Below, piece after piece: positions 41,021 to 64,000 of a DNA stretch of 64,000 nucleotides. Every line of letters begins with the position of its first letter. Within the stretch, counting starts at the first letter, position 1. The translations under genes and the position numbers were made by a program. Origin of the DNA: Chrysomallon squamiferum (lineage: Eukaryota > Animalia > Mollusca); assembly GCA_012295275.1 (NCBI GenBank), contig CM022665.1, positions 16,554,001 to 16,618,000 on the forward strand. The letters are read 5' to 3'. The notes beneath the pieces were generated by a model. It was not told the origin of the DNA and ran no database searches. It was given only the letters and a program-made list of their open reading frames with translations.

Positions 41021-41197
41021 TTCGAAAGGTAATGTGTATTCAAACAGTTTATTAGACTCCACCGTAAAGCCGTAGTCGAATTATTGAAATGTTCATCAGG
41101 TCCCGGCACGTGAAGTCCCTTACCTGGTCGTCATAGAAATGTAAACAACGCACAGGGAGAAGTCATTGAAGGCAAAATCGCCGAGCGTCTTGGAGTG

Positions 41198-41228
<31 letters not shown>

Positions 41229-42954
41229 AATATTAAACAAGGCAACTAGGTAATATATAAATACTATTATTAATCAAACATAGAAAATATTGATAGTCAA
41301 ATTAGGAATAATTAATTTATATTTCAGTAATGTTTTGTGAAGTGTTTGCGATAACCGGTCGTCGCTGTGCTTGTGTGAACAAGTTGCTTTTCACGCATCG
41401 TTTATTCCACTATGATAATTATGATTCTAGATCAAAGCACATAGAGTTCGTTCATAATAATAATAACAATAATAAATGCTAAATACACCAAGAAAAAAAT
41501 ATGCAGATCGAGAGTTGTGCGGGCCATATTTTCTTTGGACAATTTTGAATCTTACTAATGAAATTTTAACATGTTTAATGTTCAGTCTACCTGGTCTTTT
41601 TTTTCTTCTGAAATCCTGGATAGGTCATTTGAATAAACACAGCATATATAAATGCATACATACACACAGAGAAACACAGAGAGCCATACAAACACTTACG
41701 TATTCATACATACATACTTAGAGACACACATATAGATACATACATATACAAATGTATATACGCATACACACATACATAGATTTACAAATATTGTATACAC
41801 CCAAACACTTGGGTGTCATCAACCCTAGCTGCGGCATAGCATACACCGGAAGGAAATACACACGAATGCACGTTCGCCCCGTCTACGGATTAATGACAGA
41901 TCGCTAATTTGGGAAGCTCTGAGTAGTTACATCTTTTTAGGTGCGCTCGTTTGTATTTCCTATTCCAATCAATTTGCAATACCTGGTTTATCAAAGGCTG
42001 TGCTGGGATATTCTGCCAATGGGAACGACGATCAATCTTCTTTCATCTAGATACACTCCTACTACAAACACTGAGCTTTTGGAACGTGTGTGTATGAGAG
42101 ATTGCATTAAATGTGTTTCAAACGGTTGATTCATTGGCTGCGTATTCCGTATGACCTGCGGTTTGGGAATTATTATTTATCATTAAACAGTCTGTAATAA
42201 GCCTCCAATAAAATAAAATAAAATAAAATAAAATCGCTTTATTTCCCGAACATCTCAAAATTGATTGAGCACCAATTTTGTTAACTAAACAACAGTTTAA
42301 TTGCCTTCTGCCATGTCATTAATTGCCTCTACAGCAATTTTTAAAAGGCAAACAAAGTTGTTAATGGTAATTTAAAACAGAACTTCCAGTAATTCGAAAA
42401 ACATTCCTAAACGTTATGGTGTAAGAAATACCACGCGCCTCCTATAGATCACGTGATGATGCCAAGTAACCACACAGCTGTTAAGACGATATTCTACCAC
42501 ACTTCTTTTTTTTCCACCGTTTTTTTTTTTTTTTTTTTTTTTTTTACTTCGAATAAAGATCGTCTTCCGTGCTTTGATTCGCTGTCTCTAATAAGTCCAC
42601 TGTTAGATATACACGTATTCGTACCTCCTCGTTTTCAATTCGGTTATCTAACAACGATGATGATATCAGTGAAATAGCGAAAAAGACGTTAGTTGTAAAC
42701 TCGTGTTTTCATTCGCTAGACTCTTGCCCAGACATTTTTATTTATTTATCCACAAGACATTGAGGTAAAAAAAAAAAAAAAAAAAAAAATCTGTAGCTGG
42801 GATGAAAATTTATTTTTCTAACAATTTTATTGATAAGTTTTAAGATAAATTCCTGTTACTTGAAGGTAGTGTTATTTTATAATATCGGGGGACACTGGAA
42901 ACGACATCGCACGCGCATTCCACGGAGAAGGGGGAGAGTTCTGTAGCGGGGAAA
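41021..42954. promoter_or_regulatory. Divergent promoter region between the ZDHHC and RERG-like genes
   Basis: Head-to-head genes and a CpG-retaining interval. CACGTG E-boxes lie near 41107 and 42450, and an NRF1-like GCACGCGCAT lies near 42909. Confidence 0.45.
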
Positions 42955-61594
<18,640 letters not shown>

Positions 61595-61878
61595 TGTCTT
61601 CCTTGCTATGATGTTGTTTCGCACATTGCGATTGGCTTGGAATGTTTATATGGACGTATGGAATTAATAATGTATAAAAAGGGTGACCCAGACGTTAAAC
61701 ACTTTTATCGTGTTGCTGAGAAATTTACGACGCTCTTCATTAAAGGTCATGAAAAGAGGAATAATTTATACCAAATGAATTAATCACATGACGAAGCTTT
61801 TGCTGTTTAATTATAATATTTATTACATGACTAGTATTTATTATTTTGTACATTTATAGTGTGTCTTTCCACGATGGG

Positions 61879-62037
<159 letters not shown>

Positions 62038-63421
62038 ATTCACCGCATTTTCCTGAAGTCAGCAGAATGTAATTAATACGGTGTATAATGGGCGCTAGGG
62101 TAAACAAGGTATTGTCTAAAAATACGTGCATCAGTGAAAGGTGCCGCCTAAAATAGAATTTGATGAATATCCCATTAGACAGAGGTTGAGAAGTGGGGGG
62201 GGGGAGGGGTAAAAAAACATTTAAAAATTACAAGGACAAACTGTATTTTTCCTGATATCAGAAAACACACATAAAAATGCATGGGTATGAGACCGTAAAT
62301 AAATTTGTGTTTACCTGTTCTTTTATTTTGTTATTTCAAGTGAAGAAATTCATGCCAGTAACGGTATCTGGGGAACTGCGCTCTCTGTATTATTGTTCCG
62401 ACAGCGGTGCGTTAGAAGATCGCTTACCGAGAAGTTATTCAGCGATTTTATAGCGAAACTCGAGATTACCAATGAAAGATAAAGAATATTGACGAAAAAT
62501 GTAAGTTTGAACAGGTGTAGATAGAGAAGTTGATTGAATCTGAAACCACCCGACTCATGCTATTCTCATCTAAGGTACAATAGCCGTTAAATAAAATAAA
62601 ATAAAATAAAATGAAATAAATCAGTTTTTCATATAAAGAAGGTTTATGAAATAGCTTATGCGCTAAATACTGCCAATCTTCTCTATACACAATAATGGAC
62701 CCGTCATTGATCTGTGAAGGTGTCAAGGTATGATACAATGTTGAACGATTGGATCAGTAGGAGGGAGTATGTAAAACAGTGCCTAGCAAATGGCACAGTT
62801 ATCGAAATCTAACACTCATCTTTTAGATAATCTTACACGGAAAAAAACTTCAATGGCGTCCAGGTCAGGTGTCATACGACAGGGCGAGGCGTGGCTTATT
62901 AGCTTTATACCCATCAACTTATAATTACGCCGAGATACACATCATATTTCACATATTTAACTAGCATCATAATGCATAATCAAATTAATAATTAATACAA
63001 AAACGTATGTAAATAATGCTTCGACATCACCAGCGGTATATTATCAGTTACGACACCAAAGGTCAACATGAAAACATTACAAAACATTCCGAGTGAGTGT
63101 GTGTGTATGTTTGGGGGGGTGGAGTGTACAGATAAGTGAATGTTTAGAATTTAGTTTTTCTTTTTCTACTTCGTGATCTCTGTTACATACTGCACAGAGA
63201 GGCACTTAATTATTTAATAATTTAATGAAAATGAGCACCACTAAAGTCATGTCGTACTTTATTATACAGTGTATATATAAATTAAGTGCATTGTAAAACA
63301 GTTTGCATTTTTCTGTTTTTATTTCAGATTTATATTTACTTTATTAAGAATATATGAGAAAACAAAAAATGGAAGACAAGATTTCTTTTAAAAATAAGGC
63401 ATAAGGTGGTATCATAATAAC

Positions 63422-63459
<38 letters not shown>

Positions 63460-63965
63460 AATGCACAACAGCAGAACTGTAACACATATCAAATAACCAC
63501 AAAGTCAGTAAATTTACATTTAACTATTTAAAGCAAGTTTATGTATAAATCAACAAAAACCATCAACATCCCACTCAAAATATATAATACTAATTTTAAA
63601 TTAAAGAAATAATTAAAAAATAATTATTTCCAAAAAATGAATAGAATTACATGAATCTTACAAAGTCAAGTGACTAATCAGTTTTTGTTCTTATTCTTTC
63701 TTTTTTTTCATCTTTTTTTTTCATATCCTGTAAGTGTGAAGTAAGTTTGTAAAGTGTTATCTCAACCCTTCCAGGAATAACTAAACTGAATTATCAAAAT
63801 GTTGATTTATAAAACATACTTTTTTTTACCTCGGGTAACATAATTTAAAAAAAATATATTTATCCTTTTAAGTCAAAATATTAAATAATAATAACAGTAA
63901 AAAAACAACAACAAAAGTGATTTTAAAATATATTTTTTATATTAGTTGATTTTAATAACTTTTTA

Positions 63966-64000
<35 letters not shown>

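Overview
This is AT-rich, intron-containing, microsatellite-rich animal DNA. It looks like an invertebrate, possibly a gastropod mollusc, but the taxon is an inference. Splicing exons by hand at GT/GC-AG junctions gives seven conventional genes: the 3' part of MSH2 (+), jagunal/JAGN1 (-), IRAK1BP1/SIMPL (+), a type-I membrane protein with a divergent SUEL/rhamnose-binding lectin domain and a GC-AG intron (-), UBXN1 with an extra C2H2 finger (+), an intronless DHHC palmitoyltransferase (-) and a RERG/RASL-like small GTPase with non-canonical G-boxes (+). Two internally deleted Tigger/pogo DNA transposons of one family are present, plus several minisatellites and a 2.4-kb GT/GA array with higher-order structure. 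The most novel candidate is a two-exon gene, missed by the ORF track, that encodes a 40-aa single-pass membrane microprotein (28273-28395) just upstream of UBXN1 and is followed by a cluster of ACGTG (HRE/E-box-like) motifs. No tRNA, rRNA or CRISPR array was seen. All family assignments come from motif recognition; no database search was run.
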